64,000 bases of DNA from Octopus sinensis (GCF_006345805.1 NC_043003.1:75764001-75828000); one strand, 5' to 3'; positions 1-13,294 are shown, counted from the stretch's first letter. Notes: a model not told the origin generated them from the letters alone. Numbers and translations: made by a program.

Positions 1-199
1 TAGCACGTCGGGCGAAATGCTTAGCGGTATTTCGTCTGCCGTTACGTTCTGAGTTCGAATTCCGTCGAGGTCGACTTTACCTTTCATCCTTTCGGGGTCG
101 ATAAATTAAGTACCAGTAACGCACTGGGGTCGATTTAATACCTATGTCTGTCCTTGTTTGTCCCTTCTATGTTTAGCCCCTTGTGGGCAATAAAGAAAT
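1..199 (+). mobile_element. tRNA-derived SINE, family A (5' end cut by the window edge)
   Basis: B-box-like GAGTTCGAATTCC, central CCTTTCATCCTTTCGGGGTCGATAAATTAAGTACCAGT segment, and tail CCCCTTGTGGGCAATAAAGAAAT. The same sequence recurs at 20728-20937 and 39651-40072. Confidence 0.85.
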
Positions 200-553
200 G
201 GATATATAGTATGCATGACTGATTTTGGCTTGGAGAAGATTTTGGAAAAAAAAAACTGCTCTCAATCCCTGAATTCAAATGATGCTTTAAAAGCGAGCAA
301 ATTGAATAATAATTGTAATGGAAGGAACTCCAAGTAAAGAAAATGCGTCGAAATATCTGTTGATTTACATAATCTTATTAAACGCCTAGTTTCACAGGAA
401 AGTACTTCTTATTTTACTCGGCAAGAACTTTGGTGTAATTATAAATAAAGGATGGTGTTATTATTTGTAAATGATATGCAGCAGATATAATTTTTACACT
501 GAGCCCTAGCTTCGCTACTAATGTGAAGAATTTTACATGTCATAAAATAACTA

Positions 554-704
554 TATCCACTGACTGTTTATGTATTACACCAGCACGTTTCTAACTGTGT
601 GAGTTCTATAATAGAGAAACAATCTTATATGAAGCAGAAACACAAAAAAATCTAACTTTGTTGCCACTCAAAGTCTGCATATATACGTGACCGAAAGGTT
701 ATGT
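554..704. repeat. 151-bp segment duplicated at 1284-1434
   Basis: Direct alignment by eye; 5 substitutions and no indels. Confidence 0.95.
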
Positions 705-1160
705 AGAAGATGAGGATTGTTAACTCAATTACTCCTTCATTCAAAAACACCGAACTATGTAGTAGACTTGAAACACTAAAGCTTTATTTGATCATTGGGA
801 GAAAATATTTCGATTACTGAAAAATGATACCAGGCAATTATTAATTGTAGCATATCCTCGCAAATACACTATTGATTTCACTTTCAGAATGTAAGTTCCC
901 CAAATATTGACGAGGCATAAAGTCTCTACGTATTCTATCGGTTAGATCATTTTGATCATCATTTGAATTAACGAATTAGGTTTTCCGCAAATTTTCTTCA
1001 AAATTTCCAAAGCGAAATAAATAAAACATCCTCGGTGTGCTCAATGCTTCACCTGTAGTTTATAGAGAAGATATGTGATATTTAGTTTGATGTTAGATTT
1101 TCTAAAACTTTTAATAACTCGATCGATTAACAGATTTCATAAATGTACATAAAGGCATAT

Positions 1161-1850
<690 letters not shown>

Positions 1851-2062
1851 ATATCAACAATTGAGGGTAAAATTAATTAATCAATTTCACCAAGTGTTCA
1901 GTATGTAAAAGGACCATTTAAGGCGAATTCAAAATATTACATTATATAATTAGGGCTTAGTAAAATAAATTACTTTGCCACATACTGAACTTAGTAGAAA
2001 TAGCAGCCAAAAATTTTTTTTTTTTATATATATATGTGTGTGTGTGTGTGTATTTCCTTTTC

Positions 2063-3427
2063 ATTTCATCTAGTTTCAGCTCACGAGCAGTGGCCATGCT
2101 GGGGCACCGCCATTCGGTGTTGCTACATGATTTTACTTCACGAATGCTTTTTAGCAATTGACATTTGGTGCATGACAGAGTTTGATGAAGCTGCCCTCAT
2201 CTACACCTCCTGTGGTGAAGTTGGTTCATCTGGGACACCTGACAGGAAGAGGTCCAGTTTCATTTTAAAGACATCTGCATCCACCCCATGCAGGTCTCTC
2301 AGGTCCTTCGGGAGGATATTGAAGAGCTGTGGACCTCTGAAGCCCAGGCTATCGCAGTATCTTGTCCTACATCTTGATGGCAAATTTGGAGTCCTTGGCA
2401 CTATACAGTGGCGCCCAGTCCTAGTACTTGTGTAACTCTCGATGCCAAAGTTTGGGACAAGTCCTTCCAGGATCTCCCAGATGTATATTATGGTGTATCT
2501 TTCTCGCCTAGGCTCTAAGGAATATAGTCTTAATCTCTTGAATTTTTCTCAATAGCTTATATGCTGCATAGATGCTATCTTCTTCGTGTGGCTTCGTTGG
2601 ATTGCCTCAAGTTCTGAGATTAATTTGGCACTGGTTGGCTGAGAGCAATAGTCAAAGTGGTTTAGGATAAGTGTCCTCTAGAGGACCATCATGGTTTCCT
2701 GGTCTCTTGTTCTAAAGGTTCTAAGAATCCATCCAGTCAGCCGCCTACATTTCATTGTAATTTAGCAACATGCACATGAATGGTTGCATAATTACTCATG
2801 TAAATACCCAGGTCTCGCACTGATGGTGCCTCTGGGATTTCAATCCCTCCAGGTCCAGTGTATTTATTGGGTATTGCATTTAGTTTTGCATGCTGATAGC
2901 ATAAAGCTTGAGAATTTTCAGCAGTGAACTGCATGCTATTCTTTTCAGACCACTTGTATATTTGGTCCAGCTCACATTGCAGGTGTATAGTGTCTTCAGG
3001 ATTCTGTATTGCCTGTGAAACTTTTGTATCATCTGCATAACTTGTGATCGTGTCTCTCTGCGTGACTGAGAGCATGTCTGAGAGGGCCATTATGAACAGC
3101 AGTACCTTGCGGAACACCGCTCACTATTTGCCTGTTATTGGAGGTGGCCCCATTGGCTACTACCACCTGGCTTCTATTCTTCAGAAAGTCATGAAGCCTT
3201 CTCCCAATTTTCCAACTATGCCAAGATCACGCAGTTTGTGACATATCATTCCATGATCGACTTTATCAAAGGCCTTTGCAAAGTCGAGATATATCACTTC
3301 CACATTTCAATGGTTGAGCAGTCGTTTCAGCACCCAGTCATAGTGTTGTAGGAGCTGCGTTAGGCAGCTTCTTCCTGGTCGGAAACCATGCTGGGTGTCG
3401 GGAAGCAAGTCATTTTCTTCAAGGAAG
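2063..3427 (-). mobile_element. 5'-truncated CR1/L2-type non-LTR retrotransposon (RT and 3' UTR), degenerate
   Basis: Minus-strand translation gives QHGFRPGRSCLTQLL, YLDFAKAFDKVDH, SGVPQGT, SYADDTK, RDLGIYM and a C-terminal GPQLFNILPKDLR..FKMKLDLFL..VPDEP. It contains stops and frameshifts. Confidence 0.9.
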
Positions 3428-3713
3428 GTGATATATATTCTATGCTATCTCCCTATCTTGTTCTTCTTCCTTTCTGTTTTTCTCCCCTACTCTTTCTCTA
3501 AATCTTCTCTCTCCTTCACCGTTCTCTTTCTATCACTCTGTCTCCCTCACTCTTCTTCCTTAACTCTCTTGTTTCTCACACGTGATCAACGGCTGTCTTT
3601 CTTTCTCACACTTCCATATAAAGGACAAGACGTGCTTTTGCCTGTCTCTTTTCAAAGCTCGTTTCTACAGCATTCACCACTTCACCTCGTTATGGCTTAA
3701 CATATGCATACAT

Positions 3714-3841
3714 ATGTTTTCTATTGAAGGCTTGAGATACAAGGTCCACAATATGTGGGTTAGAGTTTATATCAGGGGTATTAATATAAACTCAAACCCA
3801 CTTATTGCAGACCTTTATCTCAAGCCCTCAATAGGAAACAT
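3714..3841. mobile_element. 128-bp imperfect palindrome (MITE-like fold-back)
   Basis: Arms 3714-3772 and 3784-3841 are reverse complements with a few mismatches around an 11-nt loop. Confidence 0.7.
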
Positions 3842-3941
3842 AGATAATTTTTTCTTTGCTCTGTTTATACTTAATCTATTAAGAATAATATAATAAAACT
3901 AATAATAATAATAATAATTGATTCCTTTGTATACATATACA

Positions 3942-3975
<34 letters not shown>

Positions 3976-4096
3976 TATATATTCCAATATATATATAAAT
4001 GTATAAATATGTTTTTATGAATATTTATGTATATGTAAAAGTGAGTATATATGTATGTATTTATATTTATAACTTAACCTTATGAACATTCTAAAC

Positions 4097-4218
4097 TCTC
4101 TGACGAAGCTCAGAGGCACACCCAAGTGCCTTAATCTTATCTACCAAATACTTCAGTTCTCTGAAGGGATGGAAATAAAGTCGGATACTATGACCTATAG
4201 GCTGAAACAGCTGTAAGA
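4097..4218 (+). ncRNA. Hammerhead-ribozyme-like motif (type I) with a long stem II; probable solo PLE pseudo-LTR
   Basis: TCT-CTGACGA(4100-4106)-AGCT...~90 nt...GGCT-GAAAC(4204-4208)-AGCT-GT-A-AGA. Stem III is the palindrome ACAGCTGT. Stem I is only 3 bp. Confidence 0.55.
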
Positions 4219-4600
4219 AACTATTTTACTTTCTATGTTCCACGGTATATATATTAATAATTATTGCTAGTTTTTATATGTGTAAAGCATATGTTATACA
4301 TGTATGTATATTGTTATAATTTCTTTTTTAAATAAATAAATAAATAAATAGACACAGTATAATGTCTAAAAGTTGATGAATACCACCTCACGATTCCCTC
4401 CATGTTCTTATTGCCATATAAATTAAGAGTAAAACAACGTTTTATCCTCACTCATTTATTACATTCAATAGAGTAATTGCCATGCAATGAAAAACACTTG
4501 TGTACTAATAACTGGATATTCTACCAAAAGTATATTGGATATATATTACCCCTTAGTTGGTTGGATTCACAACCTCTAACTCTCTTGGAATATATATGCA

Positions 4601-4647
<47 letters not shown>

Positions 4648-4658
4648 ATATATATATA

Positions 4659-5060
4659 GGCGCAGGAGTGGTTGTGTGGTAAGAAGCTTGCTAACCAACC
4701 ACATGGTTCCGGGTTCAGTCCCACTGCGTGGCATCTTGGGCAAGTGTCTTCTGCTATAGCCCCGGGCCGACCAATGCCTTGTGAGTGGATTTGGTAGACG
4801 GAAACTGAAAGAAGCCTGTCGTATATATGTATATATGTGTATGTGTGTGTGTTTGTGTGTGTGTGTTTGTCCCCCTAGCATTGCTTGACAAACGATGCTG
4901 GTGTGTTTACGTCCTCGTCACTTAGCGGTTCGGCAAAAGAGACTGATAGAATAAGTACTGGGCTTACAAAGAATAAGTTCCGGGTCGATTTGCTCGACTA
5001 AAGGCGGTGCCCCAGCATGGCCGCAGTCAAATGACTGAAACAAGTAAAAGAGTAATAAGA
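4659..5060 (+). mobile_element. tRNA-derived SINE, family B
   Basis: A box TGTGTGGTAAG, B box GGTTCAGTCCC, CORE-like GGGCAAGTGTCTT, internal (TG)n, and tail GGCGGTGCCCCAGCATGGCCGCAGTCAAATGACTGAAAC. Confidence 0.9.
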
Positions 5061-6199
5061 GTATATGTGCGTGTGTGTGTGTGTGTGTGTGTATGTGTGT
5101 GTACGTATATGTGAGTGAGTGTGTGTGTGTGTTAATATACTAAACCTCCGGCATAGGGTCACGTAAAGAATAACAGGAAGGATACGTAATACATGCATAC
5201 AAGGACAAATCTTTCATCGGTTTCAACTAAATATCAACAAGATTTCAACACTGAAGAGCTTTCACTCCACATAGCAAAGAAAGAGACTTCCATTCGTAAT
5301 ACAGAGTATATATGATTTTATTACCCTAAAAATCAGGAGGATTTACTTAGAGACACAGAGATTCGTAAGAAAATACTTTTCAAACTTTGCGAGTCTACAT
5401 ATATAATGTTCGCTACTTTGAGATGGGAACGAACGATTTAATGAAAGGCGTCTTATTAACGTTTTAAATAGGCGTCTTTAGAAGAATGCTCATATTTAGA
5501 GATGATTGCTTTTAACAAGTAGCTTGGTCATTATCGCCAGACATAGATAGCTGGGCGCAATTGTTTAAGAAGGAAGGTGAAGCAAAGATAGAGAGTGCGC
5601 TGGAGAAAGAGAGAGAGAGAACGGAAGGGAGGGTAAGAGAAACAGTTCCAATAATTATATCTTACTTCATCTTGAGTCTCGATATTAATTAAAAGTATGG
5701 AATTAATAACACGGCTTTGATATTTGATGATAGAACATGTTACTGTTCAGCAGATATACGGTTGATAGTTTCAACGATTGATGACGATTGATGACCATCC
5801 TTATCAATATCATTATAATCACAACTATCATCACGGTCAACTTTATCATTAACATGATCACCGTCATCAACATCATCATTTTTATCAACATTAAATTTAC
5901 CTTCATGATCTTACTCCTTCTCACCCACCACGCCTCCTATTACCCACTTCCTCCTCATCGTTATCCTTAACATCGTTATAATCAATGTCCTCGATTGCAC
6001 CAACAGCATCACTATTATCATTATTGTCCGTGTCCCCCTCCTTCCATTTTCTATTATCATCATTATCAGCGATTTTCATCTACTCTTTTACTCTTTTACT
6101 CTATTTAAGTTTATATTTCTTCATTCACAGCTCCTCACCCTGTTCTCTCTCCTCTTCGTTCTTTTCCTCCTTTTTTTACTTCATCTTTGTGTTCAACAA

Positions 6200-6540
<341 letters not shown>

Positions 6541-6922
6541 CCTGTAATTCGTTTTGGTTTTTTTTTCTTATCCTTGCTTCTCGACATTTCTTTTTCCTTT
6601 CTTTGCCATAAAGCTAACATATTTGCTGCATTAAACGAAGAAATTTAATTAATTAAAATTACACATTTAGTGATGAGGACAATCATTATCTAAATTACTG
6701 GTTCTGTTATAAAAAAAAACCCACAGCAGTGACAAGCCCAACATTTAAATTAAAACCAATTAAAAGTGAAACAGTGAGATGGAGTGAAGCTGAACGTGTA
6801 ATTTTGTGTTGAAAACTATAGACATCTTTTAGACTTATTAAATTCCATGGGTTAGTTTAACTGTTATATCAGGTATTATGTCTGGAGAAGGGTTTAGAGG
6901 ATTTTGCAAATGAATATGTATT

Positions 6923-7345
6923 GGCGCAGGCGTGTCTCTATCATTAGAAGCTTACTTCCCAACTACATGGTTCCGAGTCCAGTCCCTCTCCGTGTAACGT
7001 TGGGTAAATGTCTTCTACTATAGCCTCAACCCTACCGATGTTGTGATTGGATCTGGGAACCGGAAACTGAAAGAAACCCGTTATGCATGTGTGTCTGTGC
7101 GCGTGTGTGCGTGTGTATGTGCGCGTCTTTGTGTCTGTGTTGTCCCCTCACCACAACTTGACAACCGGTGTTGGTGTGTTTACGTCCCTATAACTTAATA
7201 TTTCGGCAAAAGTGAACGATAGCATAAGCACTAGGCATTTCAAAAAAAGGTCCTGGGTTCGACTTATTCGACTAAAACCATTTATAATGGTGCCCCAGCA
7301 TGACTGCATTCAAACAATAAACAAGTAAAACATAAAAGATAAATA
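6923..7345 (+). mobile_element. tRNA-derived SINE, family B (diverged)
   Basis: Colinear with 4659-5060 from head to tail. Confidence 0.8.
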
Positions 7346-7752
7346 TTGGCATTTAACTAGAGGAAAAACACATAAAGACGCCTGCTGTGTGGAAATTTGG
7401 AAGTCTAATTACACCAATTCCCGTACTTAACATCTATTTCTTCAGCACTCACATCACGCTCACCAACATTATAAAGGCCATCATCCATACTAACATCAAC
7501 ATCATAGTCATCATGAAACCCACTGCTATTATTAGTACCACCATCACCATGGTCTTCATCATCATCATCATCATCATCATCGTCATCATTTGTCGCGAAA
7601 GCATGGCGGTGTTCGTTCAACACTCATGCTCCAAAATTAAATATTAGACTAATTGCTTTAGTTAATACACTTATAAGCCTTAAACTTATAAATAATATTA
7701 TCATTGTTTACAGAATTGTAGCATTCGACACCGCTTACCAAGTCATCGCAGA

Positions 7753-8307
7753 ATATATATATATATAGAAAATAGTAAAGAGTGAAAAAACTACAGAAGG
7801 CTTGTTTTATAAGGCTAAAGAATATATTTGAGTCAGTATGTTAGAAGAATGTTATAAAATTTTTTCATACAGTAATATAGTTTTTGAAGAAATTACCTGT
7901 TTCGTGTTAACTTTTCAAATTTCTCAAATGTCTTTATCTACATCGTGTTATGTCTTCGTTATGCAGTGCAAAGAAGAGTTCCAGGTAGGGGGACGTAATA
8001 AGCGATTTCTTCCGGTATAAGGAAGATAATCGCTTTATATTTCTTTTCCCCTTTATTTAATGGGCTGAATTTCTCTGTATAAGAATATTAGAATGGTTAA
8101 GTTTAGGCTTATATTTTTCAATGAAGAATGTTTCCTTGTTTAATCTAATTTGTGTTGGTGTTCCAATAGCACATTGATAGAATGTAAAGATTAAAAATTG
8201 TGGTAGAAGTTGCTTTGCGCATTTCTCGATATGCTCACTAAAGGGTATCATTCTGTATTCTGGGAATGCAATCTGTTGTCGATGCAGAGTGCATCTACGT
8301 CTAAGTG
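7753..8307 (-). repeat. Inverted pseudo-LTR (copy of the element's 3' end, 11453-11995)
   Basis: About 20 differences in ~545 nt by hand count. ORF 8057-8335 is the same C-terminal peptide as the end of ORF 10444-11703. Confidence 0.95.
7888..7924 (-). ncRNA. Minimal hammerhead ribozyme motif (U3-A8 variant) in the inverted pLTR
   Basis: Minus strand reads AGAAAT-TTGAAAA-GTTAACAC-GAAAC-AG-GT-A-ATTTCT. It differs from the 11836 copy only in the stem III palindrome (AG vs CG). Confidence 0.65.
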
Positions 8308-11300
8308 GACGACAAGTGCACAACAAATGAAACACACCAGGACATCATACATACACAAATCAACCCAACAAAAAGAAAAATAGGAAACATTTGGAATACA
8401 AACCTGCACAATAGAAAACTCGCCTTCTGGAACATGATAAAAAATTCTAACAAAGCAGATATATACGAGGGATGGATGAACTCAACACCAATTATCCTCC
8501 CACGCAAATTCCACATCAAAATAATATCCAACGAACCTGGCGGACAGAGAACTATTAGGGGAAGGTCAGCTCTATTCAATTTAAAATCAGAGATAGAATT
8601 ACTAAAATTTAGGGCCTCCACTAATGAGGAAAAATATAAAAACATCGACGAGGAGATGCATAGTGAATTACAGAAACGAACCGAGGGACAACCCCTCGAA
8701 AATACCATAAAACATTGGAAAGAAATCTGTGAAAAGGAAGAAAGAAATTCTCTCCTACGCTGGTAAAAAAGCAACGATTTCTTCCAAAGATATACGTCAA
8801 TTTTTAAAAAAGGATTGGGTACAAATAATTATTTTCTAAAGAAAATAACAAGAAATAAAAAAGAAAAACCAAACAACCCACAAACCACCCCCAACTATCC
8901 TCCATACACTAGAAACAGAAATCACCCACAACTAACATTTTTGAACCACGCAAGACCTAACAGGGAACAAGCTGACAGACAACGCATTTATGAAATAGAT
9001 TACACCAAGAACAGAAGACGCCAACAACATCCTAATACCAGACCTAACCACCACATAACAGCACAAAATAACACTAGAATAAGAAACACACCACACACAA
9101 GTGGCTACTACTCCATTAACCAAAATTACTTGTCCCCACCGAACACAAGACAAACGCAAAAAAACACTAAGTCAAGCAACATCCCACATACAAGCAATTC
9201 GAAACAAAAATATATCACATACAGAAATTTTATACACACCACAAACGAAAACAACCATAGATTCCTACACACACACAACAATCGGAGGCAACAATACCAC
9301 CGTCCCCCGAACCAATATCACACAATCTCACAGACAACTCATACAAACAAAATTACATCTAACATTTTTTAACCCGGGACCAAAGACACCAGGACACAGG
9401 CTGGAACCTAGTAATAAGGAAAAACCGAAGATAATCAACCTTTCAACCAAACCTCTCTCTAACATAAAAATTGACATCCTCTCAAAAGGGCTCCAATTTA
9501 CGCCAACTTCACGCAGAGCCAACCAAAATGAAATCAAGGATAATATAACAGAATTCTGCTGAAAATTAAGACTAGCAGAATCATCAACCAGTTTCAATAC
9601 TGAAGATGAATCACTAGTCAAGAACAAAAGTGACCACATCCCCCACAGAAGAAGAAATAAAAATATTGACCAGTTCTGCAGCCACATTGAGAACTTTCCC
9701 TACCATACTATACATAAACAGACAGTTAACTCAAATTTTAGCACTGCACAATGGAAGGAACTGATAGAACTTCAAAATGATGAAGATATAACCATTAAGG
9801 AAGCAGACAAAGAAGTGCAGTTGTAATAATGGATACATTATACTATAGAAATCTTGTAATTTCCTTGCTTGATGACAATCAACATTATGAAAAAATCACC
9901 AACTACACCCCGCAAAAAATAATGAAAACTCTGTCTTCACTAATTAAAACCCATGAAAAGGAACTAACAACCAAAAAGATTGACTTTCTAACAAACTTTA
10001 AATGCAAGCCTGGCCTCTTCTATGGTCTGCCAAAAATACATAAAAGCCAAATTATAAATGAAACCATTAAAAAATCACCAAAGACATACATACACACACC
10101 TAACCCGGGGGACCTAATACTACGACCCATTGTAGCTGACCCAACCTGTGAAACACACAGATTAAGTCTATTTATGAACATCCTCCTGAAACCCTTCCTT
10201 AAACGTATCGATAGTCATATCAGAGATGACTTGGATATGTTAAACCACCTTCCAAAAATAGTCAAGGAAGAAACAACCATGGTTTCATTTGATTTAGTTA
10301 ATTTATATACCAGTATACCTCATAATTATGGACTAGAGGCAATACAGTTCTGACTGGACCAATTTCCGGAAGAAATACCAAAAAGTATCAGTAAAGAATT
10401 CATTACTAAATCGGTTGAATTCATCCTACATAATAACCACTTCATGTTTGACAATACATTTCACCGTCAAAAATCCGGAATTGCTATGGGCACAAGGGCA
10501 GCACCAGTCATTGCGAACCTAACAATGGGCTACCTGGAAATAATTATATACCAGGAATCTTTATCGACCTTTGGAAACCCCCTCTCTCAATACATAAAAG
10601 AGAATTGGAAAAGATTCCTGGACGATAGTTTTATACTCTGGAATGAAAACACAGATAAACTCCTAAAATTCAAAAACCTATTGAACAGCATCAACCCAAA
10701 TATACAGTCCACAATAGAATACAACCAAAAGGAGCTTCCGTTCTTAGAACTACTAATTAAAAAAACTAACCTTAAAATAGAAACAGGCATATTCTACAAA
10801 GCCACAGACGCTAAACAATACCTACTTTTTGATTCATGCCACCCAAGACACACTAAAACAAATATCCCTTCCAACCTTGCAAGAAGGATATGCACAATAG
10901 TGTCAGAACAAAATACCAGGAACTTTAGACTACAAGAACTCAAAAAACCCCTAATTGACAGACACTACCCAGCTCAACTCATAGAGGTTGAGATCAGACG
11001 TGCAACAGAAATGGACATAGAAACTTTGAGAAAAGTTCAACACAACAACACACCTTCCCCGAAAATACTGCCTTACATATCCACATGCAACCCCAGAAAC
11101 AAAGAAGCCTTCACCATCATCACCCAGAATTTACCAATACTTCATAAGGACCTCAAATTAAAGGAAATTATAAACATACATAAAATCATTAAAAGCTACA
11201 AACAACCTAAATCACTTAAAAAGATCCTCACGAAGGCAAAATTGTTTTCTGAAATTACGGATGCAAAAGTAAAAAAATGTGGTAGACCAAACTGCGCAAC

Positions 11301-11703
11301 ATGCCCCAACCTTCTAGAAGGATCAGAATTCCTTTTCAATGAGGGACAAAAATTCAAGATCAGATCTAATTTTACTTGTGCTTCTGAAAACATAATTTAT
11401 GTCATAAGGTGCTCGGGCTGCCACAAAAACTACGTGGGGTCCACGGGACTATCACTCAGACGTAGATGCACTCTGCATCGACAACATATTGCATTCCCAG
11501 AATACAGAATGATACCCTTTAGTGAGCATATCGAGAAATGCGCAAAGCAACTACTACCACAATTTTTAATCTTTCCATTCTATCAATGTGCTATTGGAAC
11601 ACCAACACAAATTAGATTACACAAGGAAACATTCTTCATTGAAAAATATAAGCCTAAACTTAACCATTCTAATATTCTTATACAGAGAAACTCAGCCCAT
11701 TAA
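8305..11703 (+). pseudogene. Disrupted PLE polyprotein: N-terminal helical domain, linker, RT and GIY-YIG endonuclease
   Basis: Motifs KGLQFTPT, FYGLPKIHK, SFDLVNLYTSIP, GIAMGTRAAPVIANL, WKRFLDD, PFLEL, IYVIRCSGCHKNYVGSTG and PKLN. Stops at 8764, 9560 and 10351; frameshifts at ~9100-9370 and ~9810. Confidence 0.9.
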
Positions 11704-11835
11704 ATAAAGGGGAAAAGAAATATAAAGCGATTATCTCCCTTATACCGGAAGAAATCGCTTATTACGTCCCCCTACCTGGAACTCTCCTTTGCACTACATA
11801 ACGAAGACATAACACGGTGTAGATAAAGACATTTG

Positions 11836-11872
11836 AGAAATTTGAAAAGTTAACACGAAACCGGTAATTTCT
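11836..11872 (+). ncRNA. Minimal hammerhead ribozyme motif (U3-A8 variant) in the 3' pLTR
   Basis: AGAAAT-TTGAAAA-GTTAACAC-GAAAC-CG-GT-A-ATTTCT: perfect 6-bp stem I and palindromic stem III ACCGGT. Predicted cleavage is after A11866. Confidence 0.7.
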
Positions 11873-11993
11873 TCAAAAACTATATTACTGTATGCAAAAA
11901 TGTTATAACATTCTTCTAACATATATTCTCAAATATATTCTTTAACCTTATAAGACAAGCCTTCTGTAGTTTTTTCACTCTTTACAATTTTCC

Positions 11994-12025
<32 letters not shown>

Positions 12026-13294
12026 ATATAAATTGAATTAGAGATATAACCACTATTAAGCAATACAAACAGTGATAGACATAAACCAAAACATAAAATA
12101 AATAAATTTAATTAATATAATATACAAAATATATATAAAATATGAAATTTAGAATTTAAATTAATGAAATTTGAAATTTTTAAATTTATATTTATAAATT
12201 TTTATATTTTTATATTGCAAATTTTTAAACTTTTAAACTTTTAACTATTTTTTCAAAAACTAACCAAAAAGTATTTAAGACTTGGTGAAGGGAATAGCAG
12301 ATAACAAATTCGGATATACATATTTTATCCTTATGAAAACTTGAGTGCCTACTAAAGAATGTTGTTGAGTCCAGTTGTGTATAAACTGAAACTGAGTCAT
12401 TTTTTAACTTCATTTCATCACACGTTTGTCATTTCGTATCCTATAATATTTTATAATCAATGCGACACAATCGCCCCTAGTGTTCATGTTCTTCATCTTA
12501 CTAAACTGTATTTTTGTAGCATATGTTGTAAGCAAGGAATAACTAAGTTACCAGTACCACCATAATTTGTTAAAGATTTATGTATATGTCTGCATTTACA
12601 CAACTACAGACACATGCACACACATATCTGCGTATATATATATATATATATATATATAAATTTTAGTCGAGTCACTCTCTTACTACTCCGAGGTTTAGCC
12701 TGCGTATACATAGTACATTCAAGCAAGTAACGGCTGAAGAATAGATGACATTTACAAACATATATAATATATACATGTAGGATTTCTACCGTGAGCTATG
12801 ATAGTGCAGGGGAAATAAGAAAGTGGACGTAAATAGTAAAACAAAAAGAAGCAAAAAAGGAAAAGAAATGAGGAGAAAACCAAAACGAAAAAATTATAAT
12901 GAAGTGAAGAAATGAGAAAATAGAAAAGAGTGGGAAGAAGAGGGAAGGAAGTTGTATTATAGCAGGTAGAATGAAATAGGATAGGCAGGTGTTAGAATTG
13001 TGTGAGACAATTCAGAGGAAGTTGTAAATGAAAGCGTACGTGCAACTGAAACCAAGGGAATTGCCGATGGTTGGTAAGCATTTAAAAGCTGAAAGAAAAA
13101 TGTATATAAATAAGATTAAAAAATGTAGAGAAGAATAAAGAAAAAGAAATTGTGATGACTAGCGTAGGGTGAATAAAGGTTCTGAGCAGCCATGTTGCAG
13201 ATAATTGAATTATTAGTAATTCAAAGTGTAGAGTGGGTGGTAGTAATGGTGAAGAAGAGCGGGCAGTATTGTTAAAAGGAAATGAATATATAAG

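Larger units (their letters stand above)
7753..11995 (+). mobile_element. Full-length Penelope-like element (Neptune-type) with an inverted 5' pseudo-LTR
   Basis: The RT and GIY-YIG ORF remnant spans 8305-11703. 7753-8307 is the reverse complement of 11453-11995. The RT-EN linker has the C-x4-C-x2-C motif (KKCGRPNCATC) typical of the Neptune clade. Both ends are flanked by (TA)n. Confidence 0.9.

Noticed and set aside
9560-10353. In-frame TGA codons in the first PLE as possible selenocysteine
   Set aside because: They align with Arg (FCRKLRL) and Trp (IKYWLEK) in the second PLE, so they are ordinary CGA/TGG-to-TGA nonsense mutations.
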